A DNA stretch of 62,496 bases, filler included, from Sphaeroforma arctica JP610 (GCF_001186125.1; 6 parts of 2 records of this genome joined end to end with filler, not necessarily neighbours in it), one strand, 5' to 3'; shown: positions 49,634 to 62,337, counted from the whole stretch's first letter. Notes: generated from the letters alone by a model not told the origin. Numbers and translations: made by a program.

Positions 49634-50551
49634 TCAGTATACTGGGGGTGGATAGTATGCAGTTGTAGGCGGATACTGAACGTGTTGGCTAAACACAGGG
49701 GGTGGAAACACAGTCATGTGTGGCCGTACCAGGTAGTATGGCTCGGGTGCGTACATGTTCACATTTGAATGGGAAGGCAATGGGCTGCTATCACTTGCTG
49801 TTTGCGTATCAGCTTTCTTTGCGGTAGATAACTTCATGTCCTTAAAGTCCGCATCCATGACCTGTGTCTGGTCCTCATCTCCTCCGTTGCCAGCCACCGC
49901 CATCATGGAAGCACCGCTCGGTCCATCCTCCAATAGGTTGTGAACAATAGCACTCTGTGCGATATAGTTATCGTTTAATGCCGCCCCAGCCACCACGGTT
50001 TTTGCCAACTTGCTATCTGTTGTCATGGCAACGTGGGCGGTCTTACTCATGATGGCATTCTCGGCTGCTGCTCCGTCGTTAACCGCAGCAGCAACCACCA
50101 TAGTCTTGGCCACTTTACTTTCACTGTTTACAGCTTTGTGGGCTAACGCCGACTGAGCTTGATAGTTATCGTCCACTGCTGCAACCACGACCGCTCCCTT
50201 GGCTAGTTTTGAATCACTATTCATTGCTTTGTTTATTGTGTGCGACATAACGACGTTCTGCACACCTGCATTGTCGTCATCCAGCATCGCCACCCCAACA
50301 ACAGCTTTCGCCGCTTTACTCTCACTCTGAAGCGCCTTATTAGTCAATGCCGCCTGTGCTATGTAGTTGTCGTCTGCGGCAGCAGCCACGACCAACCCTT
50401 TTGCAATCTTGGAATCACTGGCAAGTACCCCATTGATGAGTTTGGATTTAACTGCATTCTCAGCGGCCTGGTTACCACCTAGCACAGCTGCTCCAACTAT
50501 GAGTTTGCCTAAACGCGCTCTCGTCTCACTGTCAGATCGTCTTAATCCCAT
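49634..50551 (-). CDS. Orphan Ala/Val-rich helical-repeat protein with Pro/Tyr-rich tail
   Basis: Intronless 305-aa ORF with ACAATGG start context. It has six S(D/E)SK.AK..V..AA..D-type repeats with diverged nucleotide copies, and ends YYPPPVY. Confidence 0.75.
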   Translation of the reverse strand: MGLRRSDSETRARLGKLIVGAAVLGGNQAAENAVKSKLINGVLASDSKIAKGLVVAAAADDNYIAQAALTNKALQSESKAAKAVVGVAMLDDDNAGVQNVVMSHTINKAMNSDSKLAKGAVVVAAVDDNYQAQSALAHKAVNSESKVAKTMVVAAAVNDGAAAENAIMSKTAHVAMTTDSKLAKTVVAGAALNDNYIAQSAIVHNLLEDGPSGASMMAVAGNGGDEDQTQVMDADFKDMKLSTAKKADTQTASDSSPLPSHSNVNMYAPEPYYLVRPHMTVFPPPVFSQHVQYPPTTAYYPPPVY

Positions 50552-51530
50552 TGTTCAAATGTGTATCTGTATTTAAAAGTAGGGCACAAATTACTTATTC
50601 AATACAACTCTGTCTTGCATTTATATATAAATACCACAAATCCCTGAGTGGTGTAAGTGTAACTGATATCCTCCTCCCTATATGGAATAATCAAATCAAT
50701 ACTGTCTAAATGTTTTTTTCTTCTGTTTTTCTTTTTACAAAATAGAATATAGTAAAAAAGTAAATACACTTGATCGGGCCAAAGGGGTCTGAATAAGAGT
50801 GAAGAGTATATATGCGAGTAAATAGTAAATATTTTTACTTCTTCCTTCCCACAGAAACTTTTGGAATAAATATGACAAAAAAATAAATTTAAAAACCACA
50901 ACTGCCAACAGCACCACTGCACTGAGGCACAGACTGGGTCTGGCAGTCGGGCACTGCACCTGTGCGGCTGTGCATAAATAAATACACCAGCCCCAGGGGC
51001 CTGGGGCCAGGGGCCAGGGCCCAGAGTCGGCCCAGGCCCCACGGGCCCCAGGCCCCAGAGTTCCAGACTCAGAGGCAACCAGCATAGTGAGCATAGTCAG
51101 CAATTCAGCATATTTACCCTAAAACTTAAAACATAAATATATCTTTACCATCATATCTTTTCTAAAAAAAAACATATGTTCTTTGTATTTGTAGAAATAA
51201 AAAACATCAAGCAAAAAAAAACTTGTGGACGTCCGGGTGGTCCGGCGGCCGGCGGTCCCGGCCACTGACCACTTGGCCCCAGGCTGGTGAGTGTACTGAT
51301 GAGTCGTGACTGGTCCCGGTGCCACTCTAATAAATCCAAATTCGGTCCATTATTACTCAGGGACCTCACTCCTCAGAGCTCAGTCCGACGCTCACAAGCT
51401 CACAACCAGCAGCCTCACTCCAGTCCGACTCCTCAGTGCCTCACACTCAGACAATCACCAGCCTGGTTACGACCTGGTCGTATCTCGTAGTGTTCGTCCG
51501 GCTCTAATTTAGATTCTAAAGAAGTTCATA

Positions 51531-52386
51531 TGGTGCAATCGCGTATAGTTCACCCTCTAAAATTATTTTTCAAATTATAATTGTAATTTTGACCTAAGAT
51601 TTGTCCAGCGGGGTCGGCAATGAGCTAAAGAAGCCATATCCATAAAAAAACAAATCGGCCAAATATTTTGTGATGGGTGTCTTAAATGCTATGGCCAAAA
51701 TCCAGAACTTGGCGGCCAAAATTGAAAACTGGGCGGCCAAAGTTGCAGTGTTAGCTCGGCCAAATGTTTATGAAACAGGTGTATGGTGCTCTTTAGAAAA
51801 TATTATACACTTGAAAAACAAAAACACAAGCAGTTGTTTAAAAGATGGATGATACAAACTGATGTTTGACGTGAATCGGCAATACGCGTCACGCAGAGCA
51901 TGCCTAGACCCACGTCCACCAGTCAAGTGTTTGGATCACTCCCGCTGATTCGACATGTTGTGTCTTAATGCATATACCTGCCGTACTTATGTGTGTAACT
52001 TTGTATCCTGTGGTCCATAGTGGCTCAGGTGTGTAAAATTTTGTACAAAAATGGCCTTTTCTACACATAATTTTTAACTTTTTATGGTTCTGACATTTCG
52101 AACGATCTTGTAAACGATGCGGCAAGTCGATTTCTGCCCTCAAAAGTCTATATTTCGGACTGGAAGGGTCCTCTGGTATATGCGGCCAATTTTTTTGTTG
52201 TTGGGATTTTTCAAAATTTATTTTGTGAACAAACCAAAATTTCAAAAATTTGTCCGGGTGATTTACTTGTCCTAATTATTCTAAGCAATTTCCGCTATCT
52301 AGCGTTCAAATCGGATCACTGGTTCGTGTTCCATGCTCACCCAAAGTCGGGGTCATTTAGAGGGTGATCTATAGGCGATTGCACCA
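51531..52386. mobile_element. Non-autonomous DNA transposon (MITE-like) with 31-bp TIRs
   Basis: TGGTGCAATCGCGTATAGTTCACCCTCTAAA (51531-51561) matches the reverse complement of 52356-52386, TGGTGCAATCGCCTATAGATCACCCTCTAAA, at 29/31. The interior is AT-rich and no clear TSD is visible. Confidence 0.7.
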
Positions 52387-53297
52387 GGGCGAGAGAAACT
52401 GAAAGCCTATATGCAATCATAAAAAAAAACAACAGATCCAAAAAAGAAAGACAGGGGTACAATGACTCAACGAGACACTCTCTAGAGGACCCCGGTAGAG
52501 ATTATAGATCACTCTCCACGACTCTATCACTAAATATGTATTTACTATGTACTCTCTCTCTGCTGGTAGAGAGAGTGTGTGAGGCGCGCGAGAGAGAAAA
52601 ATACAGACTAACTTACTAAAAAGGAGAGTGCGAGAGCAGATTAGCAGACACAGTACCTAAAGTCTTAACGGTCTCACCCATGAGGGTAGTCAAATCAAAT
52701 ATTTGTTTGGCGCTACATATTATACTTCTATCATCAACGGTCTGTTGGTTCTGTTCCATCGGGATATACAGAAAGACAACAGTTGTGGACTTGTCCGTGT
52801 CGTCGGCGATGATTTTTATAAACACAAAATGAATATATGGATTGTTCTATACTGTGAATACGACGTCTATTTCACATAGATTGTGATTGTCGGTTTGTAC
52901 CTTATGTTTACTGCTTCGGTACGCTAATCGGTTACTACATCTTGGAACCAGAAGTTGATAAGTATCTTATGAAAGAGTGAACGATCGCGGCCCTTGTGCG
53001 AATTTTTATTTTTAATGCGTATATTTGAACCGCGACATATGTCTTTCAACTTTTACCAGTTGATCGCTTTGTGTGGACTTCCCTACGATGATTTGCTATC
53101 ACAGTAAAAAAATTATATATATATATATATATATANNNNNNNNNNNNNNNNNNNNNNNNNNNNNNNNNNNNNNNNNNNNTTAATTAATTAANNNNNNNNN
53201 NNNNNNNNNNNNNNNNNNNNNNNNNNNNNNNNNNNAAACTGTTATCTGTACCGAAGTGTACATATATACGTATCTACCCGGTTTGACAAGTAACTTT

Positions 53298-54149
53298 CTA
53301 CATACTGTGCATGAGCGCACGAGTCCGTATATTCTGTAGCTCGTCACTCGTAATACCACCCAGGACGACCACCACAATAGCTGCGTAATAAGAGAACACG
53401 AGGAAGCACAAGTAGTTAGTGACCAAGTGCTGTACTTTGTTGAGGAGATATAGTTGGTTGCAAGTGGGAGTGGTGTTAGGTGTATGGATGTGCCAGTACA
53501 GGCCTATAATTAGGCCATCGATTAGTACAAGTAGTTAGTGACCAAATGCTGTACTGTGTAGAGGGGATATAGTTGGTTGTAAGTAGGGGTGGTGTAAGGT
53601 GTATGGTTGTGCCAGTATAGGCCTATAATTAGGCCATCGATTCGGATAAAAACTAAATCAGACGGGATTCCACTAATTCCAATACAACTCATCTGCGCCA
53701 TTGCCAACACGCGATAGAGCATGTCTGTTTATAACTAGGGATCGATACCAGACGTACCGTTTGCAAGTGTAAACAGAAATTTTACCATGACTATAAGGAT
53801 CACTGAAGTTGTCCAGTGATTTGCTTAACAGATTGCCTATTAACACTTTGGCCGGTTGCAAGAACTGGGTGCTTGCGAAAAAGTGAATATTGTTGTTGTT
53901 CTTCATCAGCACTCTGATTTGCACCATTGAGGGCAAGTAAATAATTGGGTGATACATATATGTATAAATGTATGAACGTATGAATGTATGAATGTATGAA
54001 TGTATGAATGTATGAATGTATGAATGTATGTATGTATGTATGTATGTTTGTATGTATGTATGTATGTAAGTATGTATGTATGTATGTATGTATGTGAGGT
54101 AGAATCTCACTTCCGGTTATTTATGTCAATGTATGCTTCTGCCCTGGCG

Positions 54150-54184
<35 letters not shown>

Positions 54185-56985
54185 AACAACTACTACTACA
54201 ACACACACCGCTCCTTGAGTTCGTGCGCGTTATCCCCATACCAACACGAACACACACAACGTGTAGCTTGTATCGTATAACTCGACACACACACACACAC
54301 ACACACACTACGCCTCCCATATACCTACACCCATACTATCACTCCCCAGTCACCCATACATACCATCCTGTCGCTGCACATTGCCCCCAGTGTCCTGGCC
54401 CTCATCTGAAGAGGTTGAGGTGCTTCTCTTAAGGTCTCCATTGGCTTCACTGTTGTACTGTGCATAACGACTACTGAAATCCTTGAGCGAATGCTCCGCC
54501 TCGAACGACCGATCGTAGGTGCGATCGCTGGTGTGGAGATCTGCGGGGATGGACAAGGAGTGTTGGTGGGGCAGACAAAGAGTGAATGCAAGGGATTGTA
54601 TGGATACTGTTTCAAATAGGACATAGGATGCTTATATATTTGTGAAATGACATGCGGAATTAGTCACTTGTATCTAACTACTGCGGGGGTAGACAAAGAG
54701 TGTTGGTACAGGCAGATGAAGAGTGAATATAAGGGATTGCACAGATCTACGAGCGATCACTAAAGTGGAGATCTGCGGGAGCAGATAAAAGAGTGCTGGT
54801 ACAGGCAGATAAAGAGTGAATACAAGGAATTGTACAGATCTACGAGCGATCACTCATGTGGAGATCTGCGGGAGCAGATAAAAGAGTGTAGGTACAGGCA
54901 GATAAAGAGTGAATACAAGGGATTGCACAGATCTACGAGCGATCACTCATGTGGAGATCTGCGGGAGCAGATAAAAGAGTGTTGGTACAGGCAGATAAAG
55001 AGTGAATACAAGGGATTGCACAGATCTACGAGCGATCACTCATGTGGAGATCTGCGGGAGCAGATGAAAGAGTGTTGGTACAGGCAGATAAAGAGTGAAT
55101 ACAAGGGGTTGTACATATCTACGAGCGATCACTCATGTGAAGACCTGCGGGAGCAGATAAAAGAGTGTTGGTACAGGCAGATAAAGAGCGAATACAAGGG
55201 ATTGTACAGATCTACGAGCGCATCACTCATGTGGAGATCTGCGGGAGCGGATACAAGAGTGTTGGTAGAGGCAGATAAAGAGTGAATACACGGGATTGTA
55301 CAGAAACTGTTTCAAATAGGACATAGGATGCTTGTATAGTTGTGAAATGACATGCGGAATTAGTCACTTGTATCTAACTACTGCGGGAGCGGATAAAAGG
55401 GAGCCGGTACAGGTAATGAATACAAAGAATTCCCCACATACGCACAGGTGAACATATCAAAAGAAGTCCCGAGAGTGCCATTTCGGTCTTGGGCGTACGA
55501 CAATTCGTATGACATGTTGGTCGTGCGAGGAGGTGTAACTGTCGTCGGTATGTAGTTCGGCGGTGTAGCCAACGGTATGCGTAGGCGAATGGCGACCAAC
55601 ACACAGATACACACGTAGAGTCCTCTGGCAGGTAAGTGTACCCTGGCCATGTGCTATAGCAACCTGCACCCGAATAACAGACGCATGTGTATTGATACAC
55701 AAACCGATACACCCAATTAACAGACGCACAAATGACTACACAGTCACCCACCAATGCCTTCTCCCACAGGTAGGCCCATGATGACATTGTCCACAGCACG
55801 CACAAATAGTGATCCACTGTGCCTAAACTATCTATCCACTCTCACGAAGGTGTGCTATAGCAACATACACTTATGTACACATATGTATTGATGACACCCA
55901 CACAACAGACGCACAAATGACAACACAGTCACCCACCAATGCCTTCTCCCACAGGTAGGCCCATGATAGCATTGTCCACTGCACGTACAAGCAGTGATCC
56001 ACTGTATATGCACTCCTTGGCGTCTCTGTCGTTCATCCGGTTGAAAATGCCGAGGGTCTCCAGCTTACGGAATGTTAGTACATGCTCGAAGCCGTATGTG
56101 TGTACATAGATGGTTTTTAGTTCCCGAAAGGTTTGTTCGGGTAGGCCGCCGCTGTAGTGAGGAGGTAGACATAGTGAGAAGGTAGGCATAATCAGTAGGT
56201 AGGCATAGTGAGAAGATAGGCATAGTGAGAAGGTAGGCATAGTGAGAAGGTAGGCATAGTGAGTAGGTAGGCATAATGAGTAGGTAGGCATAAGGAACAA
56301 GCACGGTTACCGTCAACTTTAACATATAGTTAGTTGTCTTTGGGGGAAGGTGGAACATAATTGATTGCTGCACCACAGACGTTACTAAATACATACTATC
56401 TTTAAAGGAAGATGACCAGAGGTCAATCATAGCTTCACACTCGCATCACACAAGCACAATCGTATCTCTGATCGGAACCAGATCAAGCAGTCGCTACCTC
56501 ATAGCATACACACATCCATCTCACCCGTCGCAAAGCACATTGCTCTCCCAATATACACACACACTCTCATCTCATCTCATCTCATCTCATCTCATCTCAT
56601 CACATCACATCACACACACACTCATCACATCTCATCTCATCACACACACTCATCACATCTCATCTCATCACATCTCATCACACACACACTCATCACATCT
56701 CATATCATCTCATCTCATCACACACACACTCATCACATCTCATCTCATCTCATCTCATCTCATCAAACACACACTCATCACATCTCATCTCATCTCATCT
56801 CATTAAGACTACGCACAAACTAACTCACCGCAGCTGTGACAGGATGCACATCAGCGCTAACGCACTCGTAGCCGGGCTTCTGCAGTACATCCAATCCTTT
56901 ATGAAATTCACTGCTTTGACGTTGTCCTTATGTTCCACATGTCCCTTTGCGTTGGATTCGGGTGCAGCCTGACTCTCCAACAGGA
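53298..56985 (-). CDS. Sec1/Munc18 family protein, Vps33-like, partial (C-terminal exons)
   Basis: Exon 56829-56985 gives ALALMCILSQL; exon 55937-56151 gives GGLPEQTFRELKTIYVHTYGFEHVLTFRKLETLGIF (Vps33 TYGxEH motif); exon 54364-54540; an exon ending ~53758; and the exon from 53380 gives IVVVVLGGITSDELQNIR (SM-family GGxTxxE motif). The middle exons are uncertain. Confidence 0.7.
54690..55310. repeat. 93-bp tandem repeat x6 derived from the Vps33-like exon acceptor at 54540/54541
   Basis: GGAGATCTGCGGGAG recurs at 54767, 54860, 54953, 55046, ~55139 and ~55233. The unit aligns to 54510-54600. Confidence 0.9.
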
Positions 56986-57279
56986 CTGGACAGAACGATG
57001 GGGTGTGATTGGTAACAGAGCGAACGAAGAGATACAATTGGTAACACATCAAACAAAGAGATATAATAGGTAGCACAACAAACAAAGAGATATGATTGGT
57101 AACACATCAAACAAAGAGATGTAATTGGTAACACATTAAACAAAGAGATATAAATAGTGACACATCAAACTAAGAGATATAATTGGTAACGCATCGGCTG
57201 ACAATCCGCAGACGCGAGTGTATCATGTGACATGTTGAGAAAAATATGTGTGTACTCCACGCAGACGACTTATAACCGC

Positions 57280-57631
57280 ACGAGGACAAATGGAAACCTA
57301 TGCGAGCATGGTACAGGTGCACATAGAACCTGGAATCAGGAGAGGACAAATGGTAACCTATGCGAGCATGGTACAGGTGCACATAGAACCTGGACTCAGT
57401 AGAGGACAAATGGTAACCTATGCGAGCATGGTACAGGTGCACATAGAACCTGGACTCATGAGAGGACAAATTGTAACCTATGGGAGCATGGTACAGGTGC
57501 ACATAGAACCTGCACTCAGGAGAGGACAAATGGTAACCTATGCGAGCATGGCACAGGTGCACATAGAACATGGACTCAGGAAGGACAAATGGTAACCTGT
57601 GCGAGCATGGTACAGGTGACACATAGAACCT
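57280..57631. repeat. 60-bp tandem repeat x~6 running into the gap
   Basis: GAGGACAAATGGTAACCTATGCGAGCATGGTACAGGTGCACATAGAACCTGGACTCAG recurs every 60 bp. Confidence 0.9.
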
Positions 57632-58583
57632 NNNNNNNNNNNNNNNNNNNNNNNNNNNNNNNNNNNNNNNNNNNNTTAATTAATTAANNNNNNNNNNNNN
57701 NNNNNNNNNNNNNNNNNNNNNNNNNNNNNNNTATGTATGTATGTATGTATGTATGTATATGTATATATATATTATTATATTATTATATGCATATATATAT
57801 ATATATATTATTATATATGGACATACGTTCGATTCTGAAATGACCTGCGCATACAATTGTACACTGACTTTGTATTGTTTCTCCGTCATTTATGTGTGTT
57901 GTTGTCAGTATTCGAACACCAAGCATAGTTGTCGTGCTGTATGCTTGTGCCTTCAGGTGCATTGAAGGATTTTGGACCTGTATGTCGTAATATACTGCAG
58001 ATAGAGCAATCTGTATTTGTTTGTATCTCTATCCTACGAGTTTCTATCTGTACCTAAGCTTTCGTTTTATATCCACACATTTGTACGTATACCTTATATA
58101 CACTTCGGTTCATAAATATTTTTTGCATCAGTTGTGGTTTTGCTAGAAGTTACACGTTTATTGTAATATGTGTTATGTATGAATGTACACACAAATAGGG
58201 TAACTTTGTTGCGTAGGGTGATCATAGATTCTTGCAAATACACCGGTCTATCGAAAGTATCTATCAAGGGAGCGACGAACGGATTTTTTTTTTTGCGGTA
58301 AATTATATTCACTAGGGTCGACAGCAGATCTAGTTGAACAGTTCATTCGGACGAAAATCGCCTTTATATGTCTAGTCACCTCTGAGCCTTATTTATACAC
58401 GTGAATTAACGTTTACATATCGAGTTACCGCTGAGCCTTCTTAAATTATACACATGAATTAACGTTTACATATCTAGTTACCTGAGCCTTCTTAAATTAT
58501 ACACATCAATCAACGTTTTATGTACACTCTATACATTGGTGTACGCGTTGCAATTTGCATACAACGAGTCTTTCATCACAACA

Positions 58584-59080
58584 GCCCAATCATCTGTCAC
58601 ACATGACGCACGTGGTGTGCGTTTGCCATTGCTGATGTCGTTTCCATTTCTCCATTCCCACGCGCCGGCAAATGATACAGCGGACAGTGCTGCGAAAGAT
58701 GGAACTGTGGCAGAGATGGTGTGCTATGTGTTTAAGATTGCAGCCCTTTGATTATTGTCGTATGCTGATACTGTCGGATTAGATGTGACGAAACTGACAT
58801 CTGGTCATGGATGTGAGTGTAGCATAGTCATTTGAAGATTATGTTGTACACAACATAGTCTACGCTCCTTCGCCTATATGCGCTGACGCTCACAACTGTT
58901 CTATTTTCTTTACCTCATCGGTAATAGGAGTCGATGCCCACACAGGAGGCACTCGTGAAACAGTTGGAGGAGGCCGATCGATTACTAAAAGTTCAGATCG
59001 AGGAGCGCAATAGAATAGAAGCTCTGATTAAAAATGCCCAGAATACGGATCCCGCATCGAAGGACCTGATAGTGTCGTGA
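58584..59080 (+). CDS. Possible last two exons of an unknown gene (coiled-coil-like C-terminus)
   Basis: Candidate exons ~58584-58718 and 58928-59080 (ESMPTQEALVKQLEEADRLLKVQIEERNRIEALIKNA...*). They have coding-like composition and AG/GT boundaries, but no recognised family. Confidence 0.3.
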
Positions 59081-59692
59081 AAACAAACACTGTACGTAGT
59101 GTCTGGCCAATCAAATAAATCCGGATCGCCTCAGGTGCTATGAATCGAGTCTGCATTAGTCTCAGTACATGTCGATCAAGTAGCCGATAACTTGCCTTAT
59201 TGTATTTTTGGTCCCGCCACCTTAATCCGTTCAAGGAACCAAAAGTATGCTGGGTCAGGACAACTTCAATTCAATCTGCACTTGCTTCTACATAAAAGGT
59301 CACTAGCATTAAAGGTGCAAAAGCCAGTGAATGTCGCTCTTTGTGTGTCGTCTACGCAATACTCATTCCGCAGATCATTCATATCTCTCTTGCTATAAAA
59401 TTTGTGTCAGGTGGTTTTCCAGTATTCGCATTTATCTCAGTAGATTTCCTCTTTACCGTCGCTTCCTATCCCTCCGAGAAATATAGCAGTACGCAAACGT
59501 TCACTGCAGACTCTTCAATGGCCATGCCAAGCTCGTATGCTTTCTCACATCTAAACGGGTATACTGGATTCGCAAATATATATATATATATATATATATT
59601 GATATATTTATGTATGTATGTATGTATGTATGTATGTATGTATGTATGTATATACCTAGGTATGTATCTATGTATGTATCTATGTATCTATA

Positions 59693-59731
<39 letters not shown>

Positions 59732-59832
59732 NNNNNNNNNNNNNNNNNNNNNNNNNNNNNNNNNNNNNNNNNNNNTTAATTAATTAANNNNNNNNNNNNN
59801 NNNNNNNNNNNNNNNNNNNNNNNNNNNNNNNT

Positions 59833-59880
<48 letters not shown>

Positions 59881-59906
59881 ACATTTTCCCTTGGAAAAGC
59901 ACATAC

Positions 59907-62337
59907 CTGCATGAGAATAGCAAAGCACTTCTGCAGTGTCTCTTGCCTCTCCGTAGATTGGCCGTGTATGAACTTCTGAGTCATATCTACAAAGTACCCC
60001 TCGTCCAATAACACCAGGCATAGCATGGGCCGAGATATTGACCAGTATATCTGTACCAGATGAGTGTACAAAACAGCAGATAGCGGAATTAGGATTGGCA
60101 CAAAACGTATCCAAATCCAATTGGAGTAGCAAACGTATCAAATAGAGATGCCAAACCTGATGCCGAAATACGGACACCATCGCTTATGGGTAGTTGCCTT
60201 GCTGAGTAAGGAATGGAGTGTGGGTAGGCCCAGCAGGCGCACCTAAACGGAAGTGGACTAAAAATCATATGACGACCGTGAACACCCACATACATAGGCT
60301 ATCCACCCAATGGTCAATGTGTGTATGGTGGGCTATTAAGAGTTGAGCATGCGTGGGAACGGAACTAGATGCGTGTGCGTTCGTATACACGCGCCGATAG
60401 ACAGAGCCTTAAAACGTATAGACACGCTAAAATAACCGCACATATACATACATACGTACATACGTTCACACATACATGATTGTGCATGAATGTAGCGCCT
60501 TATGCATTCTACATGCTTCAAACGTATTGTTTACACTGATGCACTGATTTAAACGCACTGTTTACACTGATGCACTGATTTAAACGCATTGTTTACACTG
60601 ATGCACTGATTTAAACGTATTGCTTACACTGATGCACTGCTTTAGACGCATTGTTTACACTGATGCACTAAACGTGCGCCATGTTCGGTTGAGATGTACA
60701 ACACGTCAGATCATCTCATGGACTTCGGCGCATGATAGTCAAGTGATTGCTCTCCTTAGAGACGTCTATTCGTATTAGTGACATGTAAGCACCCATGTAC
60801 ACCCAGGTACACCCACACAAAGTATTAGGGTTTAGGGTTTTAGAAACCTTAAACCCTTAGAACACCCACACAGAGAATCTATATCGATTGTAAGCGACGA
60901 CAAATACTATGCAATAGAAGTATCATCTCTGTTTGCAGATACTCTGTCTTAACTGAGTGACATCCCTAGACTTCCAAAGTCCCACACACCCATTCGCGCA
61001 TGAATAGCCAATATGCTCACACACGTACACGATTCAGACAAGTAACCTATACCGCCATCTACACTTATATATACCCTTGATCTAGCCATCTACAATTTTA
61101 TATACCTTTGACCTAGCCATCTACACTTATATATCCTACCCTTGACCTAGCCACCTACACTTATATATACCCTTGACCTAGCCCGCTTTTCCCATCACTC
61201 TCACCCACCTGACAGTCTTCAAAGACTATAGCTGACAGCATGTGCTCCATGATCTTAGGTAAGACTTCGCCGCACTGCCCCAGCAGCGCCCCCAGTGTGT
61301 CGGGTTGTCCGATTTTCCGTTTCTTTCTGCAAAGCGAAGTGAGACCACACACAACACAGAGATTTATTAAAAACTCTGGGACTACTATGGTTGAGATCAG
61401 AGTGCATGTATACGTTTGGAATGTATGTATTGAAGCGTGACACAATATACATGTTGCTGTTGAACGCATTGGTAAACGGAAACTACTATGGCTGCGATCA
61501 GAGTGCATACGTTTGGAATTGTGTGTATGAAAGATGCGAGCGTGGGATAAGCGTAATTGATACGTATATACGGGTAGAGGAGATATTTCTGAACGCGTTC
61601 GCGGATGAACCCTAGCAACAGAGGGACGTGAGTACAACTGTTGCTCATTCTGATAGGTGTTTAGGTCGAACGCATTCGTAACTACCCTCTACACACACAC
61701 GTACGCATTCGTAACAACTACCCCCCCTTACACACACGCATAAACAGATTAATGTGGCGTGAAGGTATATGTGCATACACACGCTTGATGTGATAGCGCA
61801 TGTGTATGTCAAATACTTCATTTGGTTGAACATGCATGTATACACACTCGATGTGATGGCTGATATAGATACGCGCCTCGTGTGATTGAACGTGCACATA
61901 TACAATCTATAGACTATTGATCCTGCACATAAGCATACCTGCTGTTATCACACCATGCACATACACACACGCACACTTCGACTCATTGCCATGCATTTGT
62001 TCTCATCGCCATTCACTCACACACACACTTGGTACCATAGGAGAGCCGCTCCAACATATTTGATGGGATAGGCGAGGCTACATACTTGATGTGATAGGTG
62101 AGGCTACATACTTGGTGTGATAGGTGAGGCTACATACTTGATGTGATAGGTGAGGATGTTATCTAGTGCAACACAGCACTGTACGCCGTTCTTCGCATCG
62201 GGCAGCATGAGGCCGTCCAATAGCGATTGCATAATGTACCGAAACAATGCAGCGTCTAAATTGCTTAACAGTTCCATGTGGTCTTCTGAGAGCACCTGGG
62301 TCAGTGCAAAGTACACGCGCGATAGCTTGGGATAGGC
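59907..62337 (-). CDS. XPO7: Exportin-7 (RanBP16) C-terminal exons, partial
   Basis: Exons 62138-62337 (AYPKLSRVYFALTQVLSEDHM...CCVALDNILTY), 61209-61326 (MLSAIVFEDC) and 59907-60050 (WSISRPMLCLVLLDEGYF...CFAILM) are collinear with the XPO7 C-terminus. Confidence 0.88.
60519..60675. repeat. 31-bp intronic tandem repeat x5
   Basis: AAACG(C/T)A(T/C)TGTTTACACTGATGCACTGATTT repeated. Confidence 0.85.

Noticed and set aside
54830..55285. 151-aa ORF with a 31-aa repeat (also 57248-57595)
   Set aside because: Open only because the unit length is a multiple of 3; it lies antisense within an intron.
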